From contig CAVUKE010000001.1 in assembly GCA_963742045.1 (NCBI GenBank), positions 55,873-119,872 on the forward strand: a stretch of DNA of 64,000 nt, in the 5' to 3' direction. The first letter of the stretch is position 1. Every line of letters begins with the position of its first letter. The position numbers and the translations under genes are program-made. This stretch comes from an uncultured Pseudomonadota bacterium (GTDB taxonomy: Bacteria; Pseudomonadota; Gammaproteobacteria; Steroidobacterales; Steroidobacteraceae). Below the pieces are notes generated by a model, which searched no databases, was not told where the DNA came from, and worked only from the letters and a program-made list of their open reading frames with translations. Shown piece after piece: positions 1 through 7,898 of the stretch.

Positions 1-236
1 TCCGTACTCCAGATGTAACCCTTGAGCTCGGCCACGCCACCATCGACGCGTACGTCTAGATGGCGGAAATAATAGGTCGGGTCCACGTTCAACGCTTCGT
101 ATATCCGCTGCGCAGCAACCTCATCCGCCTGTGCTTGTTCGGGAGACTTCGGCGGAGACGTAAGACAGCCGGCGATGAGCGTGACCGAGGCGAGTATCGT
201 AGCTGGGGCGACGCTCCACTGAACAACAAGTCGCAT
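1..236 (-). CDS. BON-domain lipoprotein, N-terminal part only (gene runs off the window start)
   Basis: The reverse complement reads MRLVVQWSVAPATILASVTLIAGCLTSPPKSPEQAQADEVAAQRIYEALNVDPTYYFRHLDVRVDGGVAELKGYIWST. It has a lipobox (LIAGC) and an AGGAG 6 nt upstream of the ATG (234-236). It is a paralogue of ORF 4190-4519. It is absent from the ORF track because it is open at the window edge. Confidence 0.6.
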   Translation of the reverse strand, partial: MRLVVQWSVAPATILASVTLIAGCLTSPPKSPEQAQADEVAAQRIYEALNVDPTYYFRHLDVRVDGGVAELKGYIWST

Positions 237-274
237 GGTCAACTCCTAGGCCATTCAGCCGCTCCTCGCACCCG

Positions 275-1138
275 TTAATAGGACATCAGAATGGGCAGAT
301 TCATACGCGCCAGCAGGTCGCGAGTGACCCCACCCATCATCTTCTCCCAAAGCCTCGGATGACCAAAGGCGCCGGCGACAACCAGATCGGCACCCGCCTT
401 ATGCGCCTCGCCCAGCACCATATCGGCAATGGATCCAGGCGGAATTTTCTCGAGCCAGATTCCCTCCACCGCCGCACCGTGGCGTCTGAGGTGCTCAACC
501 ATCTGCGCCGGCGGCAGAGCGCCATATCGCTCGGCAAACTCGGCGGGATTGATCGCAAGCAGCGTGACTTTCTCGGCGCGTTCGATGAGGGGTAGCGCGT
601 CATTGACCGCTCGAGTGGATGGACGGCTCGAATTCCACGCCAGCAAAAGATGGCGCCCGAGACTTCCAAACGATCTCTGTGGGGGAACGAACACCACGGG
701 CCGTCCGGTCACGAATAGGAGTTGTTCGGCAAACGTGTATCCGGTCTCTGTAGCGACGGCGGGCGTGTCTTGACTGACGATGCATAGGTCGGCAAAGCGC
801 GCGTGTTGCGGCACGATAGTCGAAGCCACGCCATCAAGGCAGCGCCATTCGATCTCTAGACCGTGCTCCCGCCCAATGTCCTGAAGCGCCGACCGTAATC
901 GCTCTGCCGCGTCATCAATGGATTTGCGAATTCTGCCGTTCGTGCGAGTGATCGCCTCGGCCGAGCCCTGTCCAAGCTCCGCGATACTCTCCTCGTGGCG
1001 CTGGGCCGCGTTCAACTCTCTCACGTAAAGAGCCGTCAGCCGACTCTTATGACGACGCGCCAGATCTGCCGCTAATCGCAGACGCTCCGATGCGTGTTTC
1101 GATTGATCCACGTAGACGAGCAAATCCTTTAATGCCAC
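275..1138 (-). CDS. Universal stress protein, tandem UspA domains
   Basis: 287-aa ORF with two Usp-like halves (MALKDLLVYVD... and ...GADLVVAGAFGHPRLWEKMMGGVTRDLL). The C-terminal G-x2-G-x9-G-S/T-like ATP-binding motif is typical of the UspA family. Confidence 0.85.
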   Translation of the reverse strand: MALKDLLVYVDQSKHASERLRLAADLARRHKSRLTALYVRELNAAQRHEESIAELGQGSAEAITRTNGRIRKSIDDAAERLRSALQDIGREHGLEIEWRCLDGVASTIVPQHARFADLCIVSQDTPAVATETGYTFAEQLLFVTGRPVVFVPPQRSFGSLGRHLLLAWNSSRPSTRAVNDALPLIERAEKVTLLAINPAEFAERYGALPPAQMVEHLRRHGAAVEGIWLEKIPPGSIADMVLGEAHKAGADLVVAGAFGHPRLWEKMMGGVTRDLLARMNLPILMSY

Positions 1139-1394
1139 GACGTACCTCTTGAGCTGCGTCCGCCGATCGCCGCATTCCCTTTATAGTCACACACGACCGT
1201 TAGTCGAGTTTACTTCGCAGTCGTAGCACCCATCTGTGGCGGGATCCTCGGATCCATTGCCACTAAGGTTACCAACATGCGTGAAGTTCCTCAGCTGGAA
1301 CACCCACTGACGCGTTCGGAAAACATCCGACATAAATTGAGGCTCATCGTCACACTCCTGCTGCCCGGGTGACGCGCAGATCACTGCGGAGATC

Positions 1395-1583
1395 ATGTCG
1401 CAGTTCAGGGAACATCCAGAATTGGAGCCCAACGCCATCACCGTGCAGACGCTGGATCACGTCGTATATCTGAATGGCTTGGTGAGTTCCAGCTTGGAGA
1501 TTGGTACTGCCGGGTCCATCGCGCGTCAGGTCCCGAGCGTGAAGGGAGTCGTAAACTCGGTAGTAGCGATGACCTGGTGCTGA
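1395..1583 (+). CDS. BON-domain protein lacking its signal peptide (N-terminally truncated or frameshifted paralogue)
   Basis: ...ITVQTLDHVVYLNGLVSSSLEIGTAGSIARQVPSVKGVVNSVV aligns with ORF 4190-4519 (VHVQTLDNVVYLSGQVTTSMQRDSAELMASEVPGVRGIIDNVV). Similarity continues upstream of the ATG (CCPGDAQITAEI vs GGCPDDARITTEL) until a TGA at 1338. Confidence 0.5.
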   Translation: MSQFREHPELEPNAITVQTLDHVVYLNGLVSSSLEIGTAGSIARQVPSVKGVVNSVVAMTWC

Positions 1584-1640
1584 GAAGTGGTACGGAACCG
1601 CAATCCAATGCGCCGAGCGAAGTCACGCGTTCCGCCGCGG

Positions 1641-3017
1641 CTAGGAAGCTGAAGGTGCCCTCTCCTGCGGCAAAGTCTTTACCTCCTTGTCGGTGAAGCG
1701 CGCGTCATAGATCGAACGGCGATCCAGCGTGCGCGCAACTACGGTCGCGGTGACGACTGCCAAAAGTAGCGGGAGAATAAAAGACCTGTCTCGGCCCGTC
1801 AGCTCTAGCGTCAGTAGCACCGCTGAAATGGGCCCGTGCGTTGTGGCCGCCAGCACGGCAGCCGCCCCGAGCAAGGCGAATAGACCCGGCGGCGTGCCGG
1901 GCCAGAGCCATTCCCAGGCGTGACCTAAGACGCCGCCCAGTATTGCGCCCAGCGCCAGGGACGGCGTGAACAAGCCACCCGGCACACCGCTGCCCACGCA
2001 CAAGAGGGTCGCCGCGGGCTTGAGAAATAGCAGGGCCAACAGGAGAAGCGGCGCAACCTAGTTTGTAAACGCCAGCTGCGCAATGTCCTTCCCATTACCA
2101 AGGATCTGTGGGAACTCGATTGAGACCACGCCGAGGAGTCCCAGCGCCAGTAGCGGCGCGAGCAGTCGTTGCCAACCTTGCGGTTTGTTGCGATCTGCCC
2201 AGGCAATCAGCAGGATGTAGCCGACCGAGACCACTCCCGCAACGGGCCCCGCCAGCAAAGACCATACGACCACCGACGGAGTTGTCGGATAAACGGGGAT
2301 CAGATACGTGGGCGCGTTCGGTAGGAAGAGCCACGAGACGGCTGTGGCAATGGCGGCGGCCAGCAACGCCGGCAGCACCAAGCGCAGCGCCAGCACGCCG
2401 CGAAGCACCTCAACGGCGAAGAGCGCACCTCCCAACGGCACGCCGTAAGCGGCCGCCATGCCTGCCCCGGCGCCACACGCCACCAAAAGCTTTCGTTGTT
2501 CATTCGAAAGGCGCGCTCTATCCGAAAGGGCATTCGCAATCAGAGCTCCAGCCTGCTTAGGCGCGCCCTCGCGCCCCAGCGAGGCACCCATGCCGACGAG
2601 CAGTACGGACAGCACGGCGCTGCCGAGCGTGCGCCTGAGGGGCAATCGTCCGGCGAAGCGCGATATCGCCTCGGTAATATCAATGCCGTTGCCGCTCGAC
2701 AGACGATGAAGGATCAGCTGACCGGCACCGGTGAGCAGGCCAGCCGCCAACAAGGCGACAACGTGCCGCCAAGGACCCGCGCTCGCCGCGGCGTCCAGTA
2801 GATCCGGCCCCGGCCACACCACCTGTTGCACGAGCTCGAGAAGCCGCGTCAACACCGCCGCGCCGATCCCGGCCCCCATGCCCGTCAGCAAGACCGCTAG
2901 CCAAAAGCGCGCGGCGCCCTTTTGCGCGAGCGTGGCCGGAATCTTCGCAGCGGTCTCTTGGGAGGTAGTGAGCGTTTTCCATGCCTGCCTGTCAGATGAG
3001 CCCTGAGTACAAAGCAC
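1641..3017 (-). pseudogene. ClC-family chloride channel / H+-Cl- antiporter interrupted by one in-frame TAG (2058-2060)
   Basis: ORFs 2058-3617 and 1641-2039 are in the same frame and separated only by an amber codon (+ strand cta at 2058-2060). The joined product reads ...GNGKDIAQLAFTN*VAPLLLLALLFLKPAATLLCVGSGVPGGLFTPSL..., with ClC signatures GREGAP and GVPGGLFTP. The start is probably the GTG at 3017. The longer upstream ORF extension is not ClC-like. Confidence 0.8.
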
Positions 3018-3169
3018 CTGGCCAACGAGCGATTCGCCACTCTCAGTCAAGCTACGCCTTACCCGAATGCAGTAAATAATCGCCGGATGAATAATCGCCG
3101 GATGAAATGGACACGCAGCATTAACGGTCCTCGTTGAGCCCCGACAGACACCTGCGCAGAAGCGGTCGT

Positions 3170-3420
3170 GAGAGATGCATTGGGCCGGCGCACCGGGGCC
3201 TCTGCACAGACACTCCATCGAGCAGAAGCGGCGGATCGTCGAGGCGACGTACGAGTGCGGTGCCTCGGCTGCGACCGTCGCACGGCGCCACCAGGTAAAC
3301 GCGAACCGAGTGTTCACGTGGCGGCCGTTGTAGCGGCAAGGATTGGCTACACGTCCGCGATATTCCGGTGCCGATGCTGGCATCCGGCACGGATAAGGCC
3401 CGCCAAGCGCGGCCGTGGCT
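3170..3420 (+). mobile_element. Degenerate IS-transposase remnant (OrfA-type HTH fragment, possibly IS66 family)
   Basis: Frame ending at the TAG 3331-3333 reads ...HSIEQKRRIVEATYECGASAATVARRHQVNANRVFTWRPL*, the C-terminal HTH motif of IS3/IS66-type OrfA proteins. About 25 nt downstream, DIPVPMLASGTD weakly recalls the MIPVP...TDMR start of IS66 TnpB. There is no intact ORF and I saw no inverted repeats. Confidence 0.45.
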
Positions 3421-4189
3421 CCACGCGCGGAATAATGCTGGGCGCCCGGGCCGCCAAGGCAACCTGCACAGCTGTGGCGGCTGCCTCGCCGAACACTGTC
3501 CATCGCGTACCGATGCGCTCGGCGCTTAATGCCCGCCAGGCGCGATCGCTGCGCTCTCCCCCTCCGGACATGGTGCACAATCGGCGCGCGGTTGGATACG
3601 GTCGAGGCACGGCTCATAAGTGATCATGGAACAGTATCGAACAAAGGTCGTCTGAACGGGCCGAAGACCGCAGCCTACAAGGGCGCATGTCACTAGCGGC
3701 ACGCTAACCGCACGTAGCAGAACGTTCCACCCGATGATCAAGCCCGGAGACTTCGCCGTCTGGAACCGATTGGCTATAGGAGCAGCAGGAGTTGCTTGGG
3801 CGGCCATCTATCGATTACTGCATAAGCTTCAAACATACACTGCACGAGTTAACCTACAGCACCCAGGTGTGAGCTTCAAGGTACGCGATGCCAAGCATGC
3901 TCGTCGGTCGTTGCCGCGATCAGCGGTCAGACGAATCCGTCGTCAAGTGAGGTTGAGGGTCTTTTGGGATCCTCTTCGATTTCAGGAACCAACGAATCGT
4001 TTCTGGATGGTTCGCGGTGTAACACTGCTTTTTGGCGTTCATCGCAACCTAACAGCCCATAGCCTAATGTTAGGAATGCTATCTTCCACGTTGTAGCAGG
4101 CGTCGCCGGTTTCATCCAAGCGGAACGACGCCGTCGTCGCGCAATCTAATTGTTGTGAGTACCTTCACGCCCGTACGAAGGAGAAACGC

Positions 4190-4519
4190 ATGAAAGGCTC
4201 CAAACCACGCAACGCGTCAACTTTCGCCTTTGTGCTTGTCTCGGTTTCGGGGTGTGCCGCGTTCCAGGACTACAGAAAGTGCGAAGCCGGTGGATGCCCC
4301 GACGATGCGAGGATTACCACCGAGCTTAATTCGCAGTTAGATCAGCGGCCGGATCTCCGCGCCGACGTGCATGTTCAGACGTTGGATAACGTCGTGTACC
4401 TTAGTGGCCAGGTTACTACCTCCATGCAGCGGGACTCCGCGGAACTGATGGCTTCCGAGGTGCCAGGCGTCCGAGGCATCATTGACAATGTGGTGGCGAC
4501 GGCAGATTCGGGACGGTGA
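4190..4519 (+). CDS. BON-domain lipoprotein (OsmY-like)
   Basis: 109 aa with signal peptide and lipobox (FVLVSVSGC) and a single BON domain. GAAGGAG lies 6 nt upstream of the ATG. Confidence 0.85.
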   Translation: MKGSKPRNASTFAFVLVSVSGCAAFQDYRKCEAGGCPDDARITTELNSQLDQRPDLRADVHVQTLDNVVYLSGQVTTSMQRDSAELMASEVPGVRGIIDNVVATADSGR

Positions 4520-4644
4520 ATACGCATCGGCGATCTGAGTCCTGGGGCGCTTACGCCTCACGTCCCGGCTTAAACGCAGTCACTATTTTTGTGCCGCTCA
4601 CGTGTGCAAGGCAGCGCGGCCACGGGCCAGAGCGCGCCCTTGCC

Positions 4645-5976
4645 TTATGGCGGCGCTTCCGGCAGGCCGATGCGCACAAGCAGGCCCCGCGGTTCGCGGT
4701 CCAGCAGGTCGATCGTGCCTCCGTGTCCCAGGATCACGGATCGCGCAATTGCAAGACCAAGGCCCATCCCGCGGCTATCCACATCCCTGGCCGTGTTCGA
4801 CCGATAGAACGGTTCGAAAACCCTACACTTTTCCCAGTTCGAGATCCCCGGTCCTTCATCCTCCACATCGATCACAAACCCTGACTCACGCCCCCTGGTA
4901 AGGGTTACACGCGCACTCCGACCGTATTTGACTGCATTCATAATTACATTGGTTAGAGCGCGCAGTAGCGCCTGGGGCTTGCACGGGTAGCGACTGCGCA
5001 CCGCTCCCACATATTCCACCTCACCGCCAAGATCACTGACCATGTCGCAGGCGGTCTGCAGCAAAAACTCCAGATCAACGACGTCGTGCGCCTCCGCATC
5101 ATCGACTCCGCGGATGAATGAAAGACTTGAGGCGATCATTCCCTCCATGGATTCAACGTCGTCGAGCATCTTTTGCTTCTCGGATCCTGCGCGATCGGTC
5201 TCGACCCGCAATCGCAATCGCGTCAAGGGCGTTCGAAGATCGTGGCTGATGGCAGCCAACATCAATGTGCGATCCGTCAGAAAGCGTTGCAATCGAAGCT
5301 GCATGTCGTTGAATGCGCGGATCACGCGCTGCAGCTGCGCTGGCCCCTGCTCCGCCAGTTGCGGTGCGTTGATGTCCACACCCACATGCTCGGCCGCCCG
5401 GGCAACCCGCGTCAGGGGTACGTTGACCATTAACGTGAGCCACACCCACAGACCCGCGGTGGCGAAGATTAAGAACGCCCCGAGGCCGATCTGCGCAACC
5501 AAACCCAGCGGATGCTCGAGGCCGATTGAGGTAATTACTTCAAGCGCGCCGCCACCGCGCAACGCGACGCGCACCCGCGTCGCATCCGGCGAGCCTTCCG
5601 TGGACTGCGCCCACACATCACTCGGCCTCTTGTGTAGCTTGGCCGCGATCTGTTCACGCAACTGGCCGTGTCTCGAATCTACGACCGGTCCATTGCCCGC
5701 CGGTTCTGCGGCGTCGTAGCTGAGTCTGAATCCGTCTTCGCTCCACAAGCGCGCAAGTGCCGGCCGCTGAGTCGGTTCAACGGATTCAAGAAGGCGCACG
5801 ACCATTTCGATGCGAGTTACGGCGGCTTCCGGCCGCAGCATCCCCTGCCATCTCGGCAACAGCACGACGTAGAGTACGGCTGCTACGAGTTGCGAGAGCG
5901 CCAATCCTACGAAGAGGATGCCTGCGACCTGGCCCCGCAAATCGGCCGGGAGCAGTCGCCGCAGGCTGAGCGTCAT
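4645..5976 (-). CDS. Sensor histidine kinase, EnvZ/CpxA-like (2 TM, HAMP, HisKA, HATPase_c)
   Basis: 443 aa. H-box AAISHDLRTPLTRL, N-box LTNVIMNAVKYG, G-boxes DEGPGI and GMGLGLAI. Overlaps the upstream regulator gene by 4 nt. Confidence 0.9.
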   Translation of the reverse strand: MTLSLRRLLPADLRGQVAGILFVGLALSQLVAAVLYVVLLPRWQGMLRPEAAVTRIEMVVRLLESVEPTQRPALARLWSEDGFRLSYDAAEPAGNGPVVDSRHGQLREQIAAKLHKRPSDVWAQSTEGSPDATRVRVALRGGGALEVITSIGLEHPLGLVAQIGLGAFLIFATAGLWVWLTLMVNVPLTRVARAAEHVGVDINAPQLAEQGPAQLQRVIRAFNDMQLRLQRFLTDRTLMLAAISHDLRTPLTRLRLRVETDRAGSEKQKMLDDVESMEGMIASSLSFIRGVDDAEAHDVVDLEFLLQTACDMVSDLGGEVEYVGAVRSRYPCKPQALLRALTNVIMNAVKYGRSARVTLTRGRESGFVIDVEDEGPGISNWEKCRVFEPFYRSNTARDVDSRGMGLGLAIARSVILGHGGTIDLLDREPRGLLVRIGLPEAPP

Positions 5977-6689
5977 TCGAAAGTGACCTCGGCCGAAAAG
6001 ATGTACCCGCCCGATCGGACTGTCTGGATAAGCGCGGGGTCCTTTGGATCCCTTTCGATTTTGCGCCTCAGGCGGCTCACCTGGATGTCGATGCTTCGAT
6101 CCATGCCGGCGGGGCTCTTACCCCGGGTAAAGTCGAGCAACTGTTCGCGCGTAAGCACCTCGTTTGCGTGCTCACAGAATGCCGCCAGCAGCTCGAACTC
6201 CCCACCCGTAAGCGGCACGCGTGTGCCGTCCGCTGTATGCAACCGGCGCGCGACCAAATCCAAGCGCCAGTCCATAAAGCTCGCGGCAGAGCGGGGCCGG
6301 CTGGGCGGCTCGTTCGCCGCGTATTGCGAGCGCCGCAGCAGCGCGCGTATGCGCGCGACGAGCTCATGGCTGCCAAAGGGCTTGGTAAGGTAGTCGTCCG
6401 CTCCCATCTCCAGGCCGACGACCCTGTCGATCTCGCTTCCGCGAGCCGTCAACATGATCACCGGCAAGTTACCTTGAGCGCGCACGCGCCGACACAAACT
6501 GAGGCCGTCCTCCTTCGGCAGCATGATGTCCAGAATCAGGAGGTCGACTTTTTCCGCGCTCATTAGGCGGTCCATTTCCTCGCCTTCTTGAGCGACGGAA
6601 ACTCGAAATCCGCTTTGTTGAAGAAAGTCGGCGACTAACCCTCGAATCTCGGGGTCGTCTTCGACAAACAGCACGTGGGGCGAACTCAT
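5973..6689 (-). CDS. OmpR/PhoB-family response regulator
   Basis: MSSPHVLFVEDDPEIRG...LLILDIMLPKEDG...LTARG...DDYLTKPF receiver domain plus a winged-helix C-terminus (...RSIDIQVSRLRRKIE...IQTVRSGGYIF). The start is taken at the internal ATG 6689. The ORF-track start 6749 is less likely. Confidence 0.9.
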   Translation of the reverse strand: MSSPHVLFVEDDPEIRGLVADFLQQSGFRVSVAQEGEEMDRLMSAEKVDLLILDIMLPKEDGLSLCRRVRAQGNLPVIMLTARGSEIDRVVGLEMGADDYLTKPFGSHELVARIRALLRRSQYAANEPPSRPRSAASFMDWRLDLVARRLHTADGTRVPLTGGEFELLAAFCEHANEVLTREQLLDFTRGKSPAGMDRSIDIQVSRLRRKIERDPKDPALIQTVRSGGYIFSAEVTFE

Positions 6690-7138
6690 GATTTGGGTAC
6701 CTTGATCGCCTACCCCGCGGCTGCAGCGCATGCTCTCCGGGGAGCGCAATTACTCAAGTCGATGATATCGATGCTGATCCGCGCCTAAGGGAGGGGGATA
6801 TTACCATGTGAATTCCGCGTGCCCCGTTGACCGAGCCAAATCTCGGTCGAAGCTGAGGTTGAGGCGCGCATTACTACAGTCGCGCGGGCGAGCGTCCGAC
6901 CCCGATACATCCAGACACAGAATTAAATCCAGCGAAACAGACCGGGGACGTGCGCGATTCAGATCGACACCATGTTGAGACACCGCAGACCCACGATGCT
7001 GGCCGACAGCGCATAGTTTCAAATAGTCGAACCAGTGAGGCTCTGTTGCGGTCCAAACTAACGTAGAGTTAGACATGAATACCTCGATTCCGGCGGGCGC
7101 GAAGTTAATTCCTCGTCGTTCGCCAGGAGGCTGCCATC

Positions 7139-7822
7139 ATGAGCCACCGAGCATTCGTACCCTTTTGCGTGATCGCATTGATAGCGACGCTCTTGAGCAT
7201 CGGCGTGGCGAGCGCCGGCCCGGGCGGTGGTGGTGGTGGTGGGCACGGTGGAGGCGGCGGTGGCTCTCATGGGGGTGGCGGAGCCTTCCACGGGGGCGGC
7301 GGAGGATTTCACGGTGGTGGTGGTCAGGGTTTCGGCCGCCCATCTGGCGGCCATTACCGCGGCGGATACGGTTGGCGTGGATATCACGGACGAGGCTACA
7401 GGTGGGGCTGGGGCGGAATCGGACTGGGTATCTATCTGCCGTACTTGCCGTGGGATTACGAAACGTATTGGTGGAGCGGCGTGCCCTACTACTACGCCAA
7501 CGATATGTACTACGTTTGGGACGGCGCTGTTGGGGAGTACGAGGCTGCGGATCCGCCCATCGGTCCTAGCGAAGTGCCACCGCAGGGCTCGGCAGCATCA
7601 CCGCGAGTGAGCCCAGAGTTATTTGCCTATCCGAAGAGTGGGCAGTCGGAGGCGCAACAGAAGCAGGATCGAGACGAGTGCCGTGCCTGGGCAACCAAAC
7701 AGACGGGCTTCGATCCCTCGCGGACAGCGCCCCCTGCCCAGCAGGACATCGGGGACGCGCAACGGGGATATCTGCGGGCGGAAGCCGCGTGCCTCGAAGG
7801 GCGGAACTACAGCGTGAGATGA
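7139..7822 (+). CDS. Secreted Gly/His-rich, Trp/Tyr-rich protein of unknown function
   Basis: 227 aa with a signal peptide (VIALIATLLSIGVASA). It has a GGGGGGGHGGGGGGSHGGGGAFHGGGGGFHGGGGQG tract, an aromatic block (YRGGYGWRGYHGRGYRWGWGG...YETYWWSGVPYYYANDMYYVW) and a C-terminal YPKSGQSEAQQKQDRDECRAWATKQTGFDP module. AGGAGG lies upstream. Confidence 0.7.
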   Translation: MSHRAFVPFCVIALIATLLSIGVASAGPGGGGGGGHGGGGGGSHGGGGAFHGGGGGFHGGGGQGFGRPSGGHYRGGYGWRGYHGRGYRWGWGGIGLGIYLPYLPWDYETYWWSGVPYYYANDMYYVWDGAVGEYEAADPPIGPSEVPPQGSAASPRVSPELFAYPKSGQSEAQQKQDRDECRAWATKQTGFDPSRTAPPAQQDIGDAQRGYLRAEAACLEGRNYSVR

Positions 7823-7898
7823 GTCCGTGGGCTACGCGCAAAGAAAGCCGGCAGCCGAGCGCAAGAGTTGGGTTTGCCGCGAACGAGGGCCTCGGCGC

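Noticed and set aside
60-278. Plus-strand ORF 60-278 (72 aa)
   Set aside because: The opposite strand encodes a convincing lipobox plus BON-domain N-terminus with a good Shine-Dalgarno. The plus-strand product is Arg-rich with no features.
2058-2060. TAG reassignment or programmed read-through as the explanation for the ClC stop
   Set aside because: TAG is used as the terminal stop of the same gene (1641-1643) and of others nearby. I saw no recoding signal.
3018-3617. N-terminal ~200-codon extension of ORF 2058-3617 upstream of the ClC core
   Set aside because: The translation there is not ClC-like. It runs antisense through the transposase remnant. A GTG at 3017 gives a normal-length ClC N-terminus.
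6801-7076. Minus-strand ORF (91 aa) in the ompR / Gly-rich-gene intergenic region
   Set aside because: It has no Shine-Dalgarno and no recognisable domain. It occupies what is more plausibly the divergent promoter region.
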